Part shown: one piece after another, positions 1-8,845 of the stretch | How positions within the stretch are numbered: position 1 is the stretch's first letter | Layout: every line of letters starts with the position of its first letter | From: Lytechinus pictus | Taxonomy: Eukaryota | Length of the DNA: 64,000 nucleotides | Direction: 5' to 3' | Assembly: GCF_037042905.1 (NCBI RefSeq) | Contig: NC_087245.1 | Span: 35,032,001-35,096,000, forward strand | Position numbers and translations under genes: made by a program | Notes under the pieces: model-generated | Database searches by the model: none | What the model saw: only the letters and a program-made list of their open reading frames with translations | Told to the model about the DNA's origin: nothing

Positions 1-125
1 AATAACTTATTTTAAATTAGAATATCTGCCGCAGTCTCTTTCCAAGATGTCATATTCATGATTTTGGTGTCCGAGCTAGACATACGGTTTAGTGTTCGTA
101 TAGGTCAATTGTTCAAATGTTCAAA

Positions 126-3100
126 TTAGTTCTGACCAAATGTCGGCTGTGGGGCGGGGGTCCTTGTCATCCATGGCTGCCATTGCTGGAATTGTCCCGC
201 GTCCCACGCAGGCCTGGAGATAAACGAAGGCATTTCATGAGGTATACGAACCTGCTGCTGTCCTCTCGGTAGGCCGGCATCCCATGACCAGGGGTCTGCT
301 TGATGCATCATCCTCTGGTGTGGTTGTGTATGCGGGTAGTACAGCCCTGGCTGTCCATTCATCCTCGGGAGCTCAGTTTGCACCATGTTGACATTGGGGT
401 CCCGTCGCCATTGCTGAGGCTCACCAAGCTGAGTATAGGTCAGAACCGGCGGAGGCTGTCTCCTGCGTGGTGGGTTCCGACGATCCTGCTGCGGAGGGCT
501 ACAGTCTCCTGAGTCGTAGAGGTCAGCATCCTGTGAAGAAAAGAAAGTGGGAGGTGGTGGTGGTGGTGGTGGTGGTAGGAAAGGTGGCATTGGGACAGGT
601 GGGATTGGGGCAGGGGGAGGTGGAGGTATGTTAGCAGGATGAGGTAAGGGTGCTTGAGGTGTGCCTTGCTGGTTATCATCAGCAATCCTGCTGTCTGGTG
701 TTGGCTGCAATGGATACCTTGGCTCAAGTCGAGATGGGGGCTGAGGTGGAGGTGGCGAAGCTGGTGGTGATGCAATGTGTGGATGAACAGGAATAAGCGT
801 GACTTCTTCATCATCCGAGTCACCACTTTCGTCTCTCATCTCTGCTGGGGAGGCCTGTGGTAGTGCCCGAGGTATTCGTCTCTGCCTGTCTCCGCTTGGC
901 TGATCCTGCTGAACTCGCAATCCCAAGTAATCACAGGGCAACAACATATTGCGATGGAGCACTCTAACTCTACCTTGACCGATCTCAGGACAGACTTCAT
1001 ATACAGGGATGTCTGGAGAAAGACGCCGTTTCACGATATGAACTTGCTTCTCCCAGTATGACCGCAATTTTGAGGGCCCTTGCTGTGGTACCATATTTCT
1101 CACCAGTACCCTATCACCTTGCTCTAAGGGGAGTGGATGTAGTCCCTTGTCTCTGGTTTTCTTTGTAGCTTCTGCCTTGGCCTGCGATGTATGCTTTGCC
1201 AGGTCATAGGCTTCCCTCATGGCTGTTTTCCATCTCTGAGCATATGTCTTTTGGTCACCAGTTGTGGAGTGTTCTTCATTCAGTCCGAATGCTAAGTCGA
1301 TTGGTAGCCTTGGTGTATGACCAAACATCAGGAAGGCTGGGGCATAGCCAGTCGCCTCGTTTCGAGTAGAATTGTAGGCGTGGACTACTTTAAGTAGGTG
1401 CTCCTTCCAGTTTGACTTTTGCTCCACGGTAAGCGTCCTCAACATCGAAAGGAGTGTCCTGTTGAAACGCTCAGCTTTTCCATTCCCTTGGGGGTGATAG
1501 GGAGTTGTCCTTGAATTCTGCACCCCTGATAGCTGCTGCAGCCGGTGGAATAACCTATTCTCAAACTCGCCTCCTTGATCATGGAGTATCCGGCGGGGAA
1601 AACCGAATCTAAGTACAAAATCATTAAAGATTCTGTCAGCTGCAGTTTGGCCAGACTTATTCCTCGTGGGATATGCTTGAGCATACCTTGTAAAATGATC
1701 AACCACAACAAGTATATACTCATAACCACCTTTACTGGTTTCCAGGTGTACAAAGTCTATGGAGATGAGCTTTAGGGGCTCAGATGTCACGATTGGTACC
1801 ATTGGAACTCTAATCTGTCGGTTAGGTTTACGCTGGATGAGACAGCTACATTCATGATGGATGAAGTGTTCCACATCTTTCTGCATGTTTGGCCAGTAGA
1901 ACCTTTGCCTTGCTAAATCGAGTACTCGAGCTACACCAAGATGACCCATGTTTACATGCAGATCCTTGAGCACTCGCATCCGGTAGCATGGAGGTAGGAC
2001 GATTTGTCTTCTAGTTGGTGTTCTACGATGGAGGATACCATCTTGCCCTAACTCCAGTTTCTTCAACTCTCGCAAGAGGGCTCTCTCTTCACTAGAAGCA
2101 GACCTCCAACATGTGGGGGTTGGAGAGTTGTCCTGTTCTTTCAGTTTGATGATCTTTCCAAGCACACGGTCATCATGCTGAGCCTTGGCGAGTTCTTCCT
2201 TGGATACTTCTTGGATTGGGGATGAGCTATCGTCCAAACCCTCAGCCATGGCAATATCCGCTGTAAGGCTGGCTACTAGTGGAAGGGTTTCCTGAGCTTC
2301 ATGCACTTGTGTCACTGCTACACATATACTGGAAGCTGGCGATTGTTCTGTGCATTCGTCGATGTATGTCTCTATGTTCAGAGGCATCCTTGACAGCGTA
2401 TCTGCATCAGCGTTGGCATGGCCTGGGCGGTATTTCACTGTGAAGTTGAAGTCAGCAAGCTCTGATACCCATCTTTGCCCAGTTGCATTCAACTTTGCGG
2501 TAGACATCATGTAGGTCAGCGGATTGTTATCTGTGTAGACAAGGAAAGAGGGAGCATAGAATAGGTAGTCGCGGAACTTGTCACATACTGACCACTTCAG
2601 GGCTAGAAATTCCAATTTGCCAGAGTGCAAATTATAATTCCGCTCTGCCGGTGTAAGGGTGCGGGATGCATAGGCGATCACCCGTAACTTTCCATCTTTG
2701 CGCTGGTACAAGACTGCTCCAAGACCTTCCTGTGATGCATCTGTGTGTAACACGAATGGCTGTGAGAAATCTGGAAAAGCCATAACGGGTGGTTGGACCA
2801 AATGATCGATTAGCATCTCCACTCTCTCTTGGTGAAGTTGTGTCCATGTTACAGGAGTGCGGGAAGAAGCCTGGTGGTGTTTCTTAGATGCCTGTTTGTT
2901 AGATTTCTTCTTCTTCTTGGTTCCTCCTGAGCTGACGTCTGTTGTTAAAAGGTTGTACATGGGTTTTGCCATCTTTGAGAAATCTGGTATATACCGACGG
3001 TAATAGCCGAGTAGACCCATGATTTTCCTCACGTCTCCAACGGTGGCTGGTTTCTTTTCCTTCAAAGCCAGTACTGCAGTTATGTCGGCCGGGTTTGGTC

Positions 3101-3317
3101 GATGGCCCTCAGCTGAAACAAGGCGTCCCAGGTAGTTAACCTCTTCCTGGAAAAGATGACATTTGGCAGGCCGTAGCTTCATTCCATGTTTTTGCACTGT
3201 CTGAAGGATTGTTCTGAACCGAGAAACATGTTCCTCAAACGTCTTACTGTAGACAAGAATGTCATCCAGGTATGTGACACATATTTCGTTGTTGAGACCC
3301 TCTAGACAAGATTCCAT
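126..3317 (-). CDS. pol: Gypsy Pol, C-terminal part (RT palm/thumb, RNase H, integrase, Pro-rich tail), separated from the N-terminal part by a frameshift
   Basis: Motifs: YLDD (RT); LHTDAS...EFLAL...YTDN (RNase H); HVNMGH...CSC (IN zinc finger); SIDF...HDQG...AERFN (IN DDE). Stop at 126-128. Confidence 0.93.
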   Translation of the reverse strand: MESCLEGLNNEICVTYLDDILVYSKTFEEHVSRFRTILQTVQKHGMKLRPAKCHLFQEEVNYLGRLVSAEGHRPNPADITAVLALKEKKPATVGDVRKIMGLLGYYRRYIPDFSKMAKPMYNLLTTDVSSGGTKKKKKSNKQASKKHHQASSRTPVTWTQLHQERVEMLIDHLVQPPVMAFPDFSQPFVLHTDASQEGLGAVLYQRKDGKLRVIAYASRTLTPAERNYNLHSGKLEFLALKWSVCDKFRDYLFYAPSFLVYTDNNPLTYMMSTAKLNATGQRWVSELADFNFTVKYRPGHANADADTLSRMPLNIETYIDECTEQSPASSICVAVTQVHEAQETLPLVASLTADIAMAEGLDDSSSPIQEVSKEELAKAQHDDRVLGKIIKLKEQDNSPTPTCWRSASSEERALLRELKKLELGQDGILHRRTPTRRQIVLPPCYRMRVLKDLHVNMGHLGVARVLDLARQRFYWPNMQKDVEHFIHHECSCLIQRKPNRQIRVPMVPIVTSEPLKLISIDFVHLETSKGGYEYILVVVDHFTRYAQAYPTRNKSGQTAADRIFNDFVLRFGFPRRILHDQGGEFENRLFHRLQQLSGVQNSRTTPYHPQGNGKAERFNRTLLSMLRTLTVEQKSNWKEHLLKVVHAYNSTRNEATGYAPAFLMFGHTPRLPIDLAFGLNEEHSTTGDQKTYAQRWKTAMREAYDLAKHTSQAKAEATKKTRDKGLHPLPLEQGDRVLVRNMVPQQGPSKLRSYWEKQVHIVKRRLSPDIPVYEVCPEIGQGRVRVLHRNMLLPCDYLGLRVQQDQPSGDRQRRIPRALPQASPAEMRDESGDSDDEEVTLIPVHPHIASPPASPPPPQPPSRLEPRYPLQPTPDSRIADDNQQGTPQAPLPHPANIPPPPPAPIPPVPMPPFLPPPPPPPPPTFFSSQDADLYDSGDCSPPQQDRRNPPRRRQPPPVLTYTQLGEPQQWRRDPNVNMVQTELPRMNGQPGLYYPHTQPHQRMMHQADPWSWDAGLPRGQQQVRIPHEMPSFISRPAWDAGQFQQWQPWMTRTPAPQPTFGQN

Positions 3318-4858
3318 CTTTGGAAAGCAGCCGGAGCGTTTTTCAAGCCGAAAGGAATCCTCACCCATTCGTACAATCCCCAAGGTGTAATGAAGGCAGT
3401 GAGGGGACGGCTGGCCTCATCCATAAAACCTTGGTGGTAGGCTTTACCCTGGTCCAGCGTTGAAAACCACCGATTGCCATCTAAAGTGTCCAATGTGTCT
3501 TGGATTCGGGGTATTGGCTGGCGATCGGCCATGGTCCTCTGATTAAGTTGGCGATAGTCCACACACAATCGCAAAGTCCCATCCTTCTTACGCACGCACA
3601 CTATTGGAGATGAGTAAGCAGATTTTGACTTTGCAATCCAGCCTCGGCTAATCAGGTCTCGTAGATATTCACGCACTTCCTTCATCAGGGGTGGAGGGAC
3701 CGCCATGTATGTCTTCTGGACCGGTGTATTGTCAGTCAGTGTAAGATGCATCTGTAATGATTGGATACACCCCATGTCTTGTTCATTCTTGACAAATGCA
3801 GCGCTTTCTTCCTTCAGCATCGCCTCCACTCCTGCTTTCTGGCCGTCATCCAGATGGGACAAGTCGACTGATGGGGCCCATTTCTCAGTTAGCAGGCTGT
3901 CAGCAGATGTAACAGACACCTCGGCGACATGCGCCTTCATGGTTGGGTGTGGTCTGCCCTCCTGGAGCAACTCTGCTGGTAATACAGAGCGCAGTGCAGT
4001 TAGTTTCCCCAAGCATGAATACGATGGTAAGGTGATACTGCACTTCCTGTCGTTGGTGATTGGGGTGGATATCTTCATGCGTCTCCCAGCCTTGAGGTCG
4101 ACAGGTGTTGACTCGATGCTCAACCCGTCGGGAAGGACATGAAGGGGGTCGGCTTCCAACAGGACAGTGGTTGAGTCGGCGAGGTTGAGGCGGACATTGC
4201 AGACAATCATTCGAGTCTGTCCAGGGTTGATTGTAATGGGATGTCTGCCCATCAGGACACTGCACATATCCTCTCCTTCATGGCCCTTCAGAATAGCAGT
4301 GAGCGCATTGATTTTCTGCCAATGAGATTTAGGGAGGATACGATTAAGGGATATCTTGGCATCATTCTTGGAGTCTTCCTTGATGAGTTCCTTGATAACA
4401 TTGTAACCGATGATCGGGTGCCTCATTGCTTGATTGGTTACGAGGACAGGAACGGTGATGGCTGGTTTCTGTTCACGCCTTGGTATTCTCAACTGCAGCT
4501 TCACCCATCCTTCATATGAGACGACTGTATCATTCACTGCAGCCACCTGCAAAGTCTCCTCTCCATCTAGGATTGCTGAAATGGGTAGGACTTGGGTTTT
4601 GGGTATGTAGGTTTTGGGTATGTACTGTCGCAGCCAATCTAAGGAAATTATTGAGACTTGTGCTCCTGTGTCCCACAAGACTTCAACATGCGTATCATTC
4701 AGCACCAAAGATACAAGGCATTGTTTTCCAATAAGTTTTATCATTCGCGTCCTCGTCTTGGGGTTTATTGTAGGTGTTGTCGAGTTGAGGGTAGGTCGGG
4801 ACTTTGATGGATCGGAGGTTACTGGTTGTCCCTCCCAAGTAACCCTACCCCGTTTCCC
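3302..4858 (-). CDS. pol: Gypsy Pol, N-terminal part (aspartic protease, linker, RT fingers), entered from gag by -1 frameshift
   Basis: LWDTGA protease motif, LRLCVDYRQLN, and PFGLKNAPAAFQR. The frame then stops (WNLV*) while MESCL...YLDD continues in another frame at 3317. Confidence 0.92.
   Translation of the reverse strand, partial: GKRGRVTWEGQPVTSDPSKSRPTLNSTTPTINPKTRTRMIKLIGKQCLVSLVLNDTHVEVLWDTGAQVSIISLDWLRQYIPKTYIPKTQVLPISAILDGEETLQVAAVNDTVVSYEGWVKLQLRIPRREQKPAITVPVLVTNQAMRHPIIGYNVIKELIKEDSKNDAKISLNRILPKSHWQKINALTAILKGHEGEDMCSVLMGRHPITINPGQTRMIVCNVRLNLADSTTVLLEADPLHVLPDGLSIESTPVDLKAGRRMKISTPITNDRKCSITLPSYSCLGKLTALRSVLPAELLQEGRPHPTMKAHVAEVSVTSADSLLTEKWAPSVDLSHLDDGQKAGVEAMLKEESAAFVKNEQDMGCIQSLQMHLTLTDNTPVQKTYMAVPPPLMKEVREYLRDLISRGWIAKSKSAYSSPIVCVRKKDGTLRLCVDYRQLNQRTMADRQPIPRIQDTLDTLDGNRWFSTLDQGKAYHQGFMDEASRPLTAFITPWGLYEWVRIPFGLKNAPAAFQRWNLV
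4798..4858 (-). promoter_or_regulatory. Programmed -1 ribosomal frameshift signal (G GGA AAC slippery heptamer plus downstream stem/pseudoknot)
   Basis: GGGAAAC at 4858-4852 is in gag frame and pol is in the -1 frame. A 7-nt spacer is followed by the stem GGTTACT/AGTAACC. Confidence 0.8.
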
Positions 4859-6132
4859 TGCCTCCTCATGTTGCATCCCCTGGCATAATGTTCAGAGCTT
4901 CCACACCGGAAACAGTGGCGGCAGCTCTCTCCTTGTCCTTGTTGCTGGCATGCCTCGCAGCCCCTCTCTCTCCTGCCAGATCTTGGTCCTCTCGGTTGAG
5001 CCATCAGAGCACTGAGCTCGGCCTTCACAATCTGTTGGATGCTGTTCGTCAGCTCTTTCAAGTTCAGTGCCTCTGTCTTACTCGTTTGCTTAGAGGTGGT
5101 CTCAGGCTTTGCCGGTTCTGCGATGGCAGCAGCAACTCGGGCTTGGCGAGGTTTCAGCTTTTGTTGACGCTCACTCTCATGTGCAACTGCAGTGGTCAAC
5201 ACCTCCAGAAGCTCCTCATCCGATACATCTTGTTGTAGAGTAGACCTGAGCTCATGCTGGATAACAGCATCCTGGAGACCGGTGGAGATTGCTCTCCACG
5301 CCATCTTGTGGACCTGCGTACTCCCATAGCAGATTGCTGCCCCCTTTTCCTCTGAGGCGAACAGTACCTTTTGTTTCAAGTCCAGGGTGCGGAGCACGAA
5401 GTCATGTGGCGATTCCTTTGGAACCTGCACAGCCGAGGATAACTCCTGGAAGAGTGCAGTAGCGTCCCTCTCCCTAAAATGGGATCGCAGGAGGCGACGC
5501 AACAGTGGCAAGTCCAAATCACCTCGACCCTCCAAATAGCTCCGGAGCGAGAGCCCTGGATTCACAGCACGCACCACTGCTTCGGTGATCTCCTCAGCTG
5601 GAAATCCTTTTTTCAAGCCACTGTTAATCTGTCTTGCGAGGGAAACGAAAGAGAGTTTGTCCTTCTGGCTAGGCTCGCCAATCTGCCCCTGTATCCTAAA
5701 CTCCTTTCTCCACGTGACTGGAGTATGTGGCAGCTGGTTGGTCATCTTGAGGATGGGGGATCTCTGTGACGTGTCGTCTGCCTCTTCAGCTGGCTGGTCT
5801 GACTTTGGCTGGGTGGGTGGTTCCCTTGGAAGCTTAGTGGTCCTGGCCTTTACCTCAACCACATTCTCATCTCCATCTCTGTCCCCCTTTCCCAGGATCT
5901 TGGCCAAACCCTGCAACACTGATTTGCCTCCGTCCTCTGAATCCTCCAGCTCATCCCCATCTACGAAGCGTCTGACGACATGCTTCAGTCCTGCTCGCCC
6001 TTTCGACTTGGCCTTCCCCACGTCTTCCTCAGGTAGCTTGAGCTCCGCTGCCGCCTTTAGTAGCTGCTCCTCCGTGCTCGCTGACAATCTCTGCAGCACA
6101 TCGTCGATCAGCTCCTCAAATCCTGCCATCAT
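4819..6132 (-). CDS. gag: Gypsy Gag (capsid plus zinc-knuckle nucleocapsid)
   Basis: Open frame from the first ATG at 6132. Contains CFRCGSSEHYARGC (CX2CX4HX4C) and lies between the PBS and pol. Confidence 0.92.
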   Translation of the reverse strand: MMAGFEELIDDVLQRLSASTEEQLLKAAAELKLPEEDVGKAKSKGRAGLKHVVRRFVDGDELEDSEDGGKSVLQGLAKILGKGDRDGDENVVEVKARTTKLPREPPTQPKSDQPAEEADDTSQRSPILKMTNQLPHTPVTWRKEFRIQGQIGEPSQKDKLSFVSLARQINSGLKKGFPAEEITEAVVRAVNPGLSLRSYLEGRGDLDLPLLRRLLRSHFRERDATALFQELSSAVQVPKESPHDFVLRTLDLKQKVLFASEEKGAAICYGSTQVHKMAWRAISTGLQDAVIQHELRSTLQQDVSDEELLEVLTTAVAHESERQQKLKPRQARVAAAIAEPAKPETTSKQTSKTEALNLKELTNSIQQIVKAELSALMAQPRGPRSGRRERGCEACQQQGQGESCRHCFRCGSSEHYARGCNMRRQGNGVGLLGRDNQ

Positions 6133-6260
6133 AGATAGCTCCGGAATCGGCCTTCTTGTCAAGCTGTCTCTGGAATTGGGTAGGGCCTCGTCTAGGGCTG
6201 TTCGGAGATGTTGGAGTTGGGTGGAGTCGCTAGGGAGAACTCGTACACCATCTCAGCATC

Positions 6261-6278
6261 CTCCGGGCAGTGCCTCCA
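6261..6278 (-). promoter_or_regulatory. Primer-binding site, tRNA-Thr-like
   Basis: TGGAGGCACTGCCCGGAG begins 3 nt after the LTR-terminal CA. TGGAGGCAC is complementary to the 3' end of eukaryotic tRNA-Thr as I recall it; not checked against this genome's tRNAs. Confidence 0.7.
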
Positions 6279-6281
6279 AAA

Positions 6282-7184
6282 TGTAGCCCGCCTTGACCCT
6301 TTAAATGAAGAGAAAAGACAGACACGTGTTATTTCTTGGTAAAAGTAACAGTAGAATGCCCTTCTCACAAAGTGTGGTCAAACTCCTGCAGTATCTGGAC
6401 TCTTCGATTATGTTACAGGGGTAACCATCATTACCAATAGAGGGACTGCCAGGTGTGCTAATTAAAGGCCTGCTTGTACCTTTGTGTACTTTGTGGGCCT
6501 GCCCACACTCTGGTATATTGTAAACCTGGAAAGTACCATTGGTGATATAACATTTATCTTTTCTTTATCACTCTAAACAAACTCTTATTCTATCTACATG
6601 CTCCAATACTAAACTGGGGATAAACTTCCATAAGAATGTATAACAGGTCTGTACTTCATTCTATGAGAACCTTACAGACATAAACATTCAAAGTTTATGA
6701 TTTTGCCTACTATTCTTTGCATCAGAAAGTTCAAACCACAATGGAACTACATAATGTTCAATTAATAATACTCTTCCAATGTACTTCTTTTCTGGCATAG
6801 AAATCACAGTCAATCAACATCACTCTTCAACAATTAGTACTTCTTAGAACTCCTTCTACATCATATAGTCACTCACATAATCAATAACTTTTAACTGGCA
6901 TTAGTTAATATTCAACATCCAATCACACTCAACAATTCAATGATTATAATAACTTGAAAGATGAACCAAGCTTACCTTTAAATGAAGAGAAAAGACAGAC
7001 ACGTGTTATTTCTTGGTAAAAGTAACAGTAGAATGCCCTTCTCACAAAGTGTGGTCAAACTCCTGCAGTATCTGGACTCTTCGATTATGTTACAGGGGTA
7101 ACCATCATTACCAATAGAGGGACTGCCAGGTGTGCTAATTAAAGGCCTGCTTGTACCTTTGTGTACTTTGTGGGCCTGCCCACA
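6282..7184 (-). repeat. 5' LTR (TG...CA, 903 bp) with an internal 210-bp direct repeat (6298-6507 = 6975-7184)
   Basis: Starts TGTGGGC at 7184, ends GGGCTACA at 6282, and is followed by the PBS. The two 210-bp blocks appear identical. Confidence 0.82.
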
Positions 7185-7211
7185 GTAGTAGTAGTAGAAG
7201 TAGTAGTAGTA

Positions 7212-7242
<31 letters not shown>

Positions 7243-7271
7243 AAGTAGTAGAAGTAGTAGTAGTAGTAGTA
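7185..7271. repeat. (GTA)n microsatellite with GAA interruptions
   Basis: Read directly from the sequence. Confidence 0.97.
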
Positions 7272-8459
7272 ATTTCACAAACAGTCATGCACATCTTGGT
7301 CAGTTTGCAAATAAGGGAACCAGTGACGTCACCCACTCACTATTTCTTTTCTATCTAATTATGTGAAAATTGAATATCATTTTCATATTATAATGCAAAC
7401 AATGAAATATTGTGTAATTCGAAACACAATAGAAATATGAAGAGTTTAGTTGCAAAAGGGCTTAGGTCCACTTTGGACCATTCTGAGAAAAACCATGTTT
7501 TTTATTCTCACTTACTGCACTATTCTTATGAGAAACTAAATTGTCATGATGTACTACCCTATCATGTGAACATAAAATTGGGTATAAAAGAAATCTACCT
7601 GTCTTCAATTTTTTTCTATAAATTCTTTTAAAAATTATCATTGTGGACCTAAGCCATTTTGCAAGTAAACTGAAATGAATCCAATCTATTTTGATTAAAA
7701 AAGTGATTTTTCTTTGCCACTTTTTTTCACGTTTTCATATTAATTTCAAATTTTCTTTGTATTCAGCAAAGCGACTGAAAATTTAGAGGTTTTGAGACAG
7801 AAAACAATAAAATTTATGAACAATGGAACTAACACCTTTTGACAAATGAGCTCTTCAGAAGAGTTTGTTTGCAAAAGGGGTTAGGTCCACTCCAAGAAAA
7901 TCATTTTTTTTTTTATTCTCCTATATTGCATATTCTTATGCGAAACTAAATTTTCAAGATTCCCTACCATGACACATAAAATTGGGTATAAAAGAAATCT
8001 ACCTTTATTCATATTTCTTTAAATATTCTTTTCCAAAAAAATTCGGTGTGGACCTAATCCCTTTTGCAACTAAACTGAAATGGACCTAACCCCTTTTGAA
8101 AAAAAAGTGATTTTTCTTTGCCATTTTTGATCACTTTTAAATAGGAATTTCAACTTTTCTTTGGTATCATTTTATAGAGCTACTAAAAATCTATACATTG
8201 AGACCAAAAAATCAAATTTGATGAAAAATGGACCTAAGCCCTTTTGCAAGTGAGCTCTTCATATAGTAAATGACATCATGGACTCTCTAATTTGCACATC
8301 CCCATGTTCTACATAATATATAATTTGTGTAAAAAAATACAATTTAAAAAATCAAAGTTTTTGTTTTACATCTGATTTTGATGAAAATTTCATTGTTATA
8401 CATGTTTAATTTTTTCCCTTTTGATTCATATCAATTTTTCTTTGGTGTGAACTTCCCCT
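7272..8459. mobile_element. Right part of a Kolobok-type non-autonomous element, with a nested insertion
   Basis: Ends GTGAACTTCCCCT|TTAA. The body resembles the copies at 25938, 52828 and 60876; the left end is missing in this window. Confidence 0.7.
7439..8260. mobile_element. Head-to-tail dimer of ~410-bp TIR units (GAAGAG...CTCTTC), flanked by ATAT
   Basis: Unit 1 is 7439-7856 and unit 2 is 7858-8260. The outer ends form an imperfect ~30-bp TIR, with ATAT on both sides. Confidence 0.75.
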
Positions 8460-8845
8460 TTAAGTATTGTTATCTTGTACTGTGTTTAACTGTGACAGAA
8501 TTCAATTTCAATAAATTTTATGAGACGACAATATGAATCAAAGTGTTTAAGAGCAGTGATTTAAGTGGGTTCTTACAGGTCTTGAAATACTGTGAAGTCT
8601 TGGTTTTGGTTCATCATTTTGATACCACAGGTTCATTTACCCTAAATGACCTTTGACCTTCATCATGTGACCTGAAAATCCTGCAATATCATCAGTAATA
8701 CTTGAGTACCTTTGTATTCAAGTTTTATGAAATACATCCATAAACTTTCAAAGTTATGGTGACCTTTCCAATACTTAATCTTGGTTAAGATTTCATAAAT
8801 CATGGTATGTGAAAATTTGTCAAACTCATGTTTGTTATTATTTTC

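Larger units (their letters stand above)
1..7184 (-). mobile_element. Ty3/Gypsy (Metaviridae) LTR retrotransposon; 3' LTR lies beyond the left edge of the window
   Basis: Order on the minus strand is LTR, PBS, gag (CCHC), pol. Domain order PR-RT-RNaseH-integrase is diagnostic of Ty3/Gypsy. Confidence 0.96.

Noticed and set aside
3302..3383. Second programmed frameshift within RT
   Set aside because: There is no canonical slippery heptamer at the junction and a residue appears to be missing between FQR and MESCL. A small deletion explains it better.
5585..6286. 233-aa ORF antisense to gag (and others at 3705-4142 and 4614-5015)
   Set aside because: Shadow ORFs on the opposite strand of coding sequence, mostly with non-ATG starts and no recognisable motifs.
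7139..7366. Poly-Thr, poly-Ser and poly-Val ORFs
   Set aside because: Translations of the (GTA)n microsatellite.
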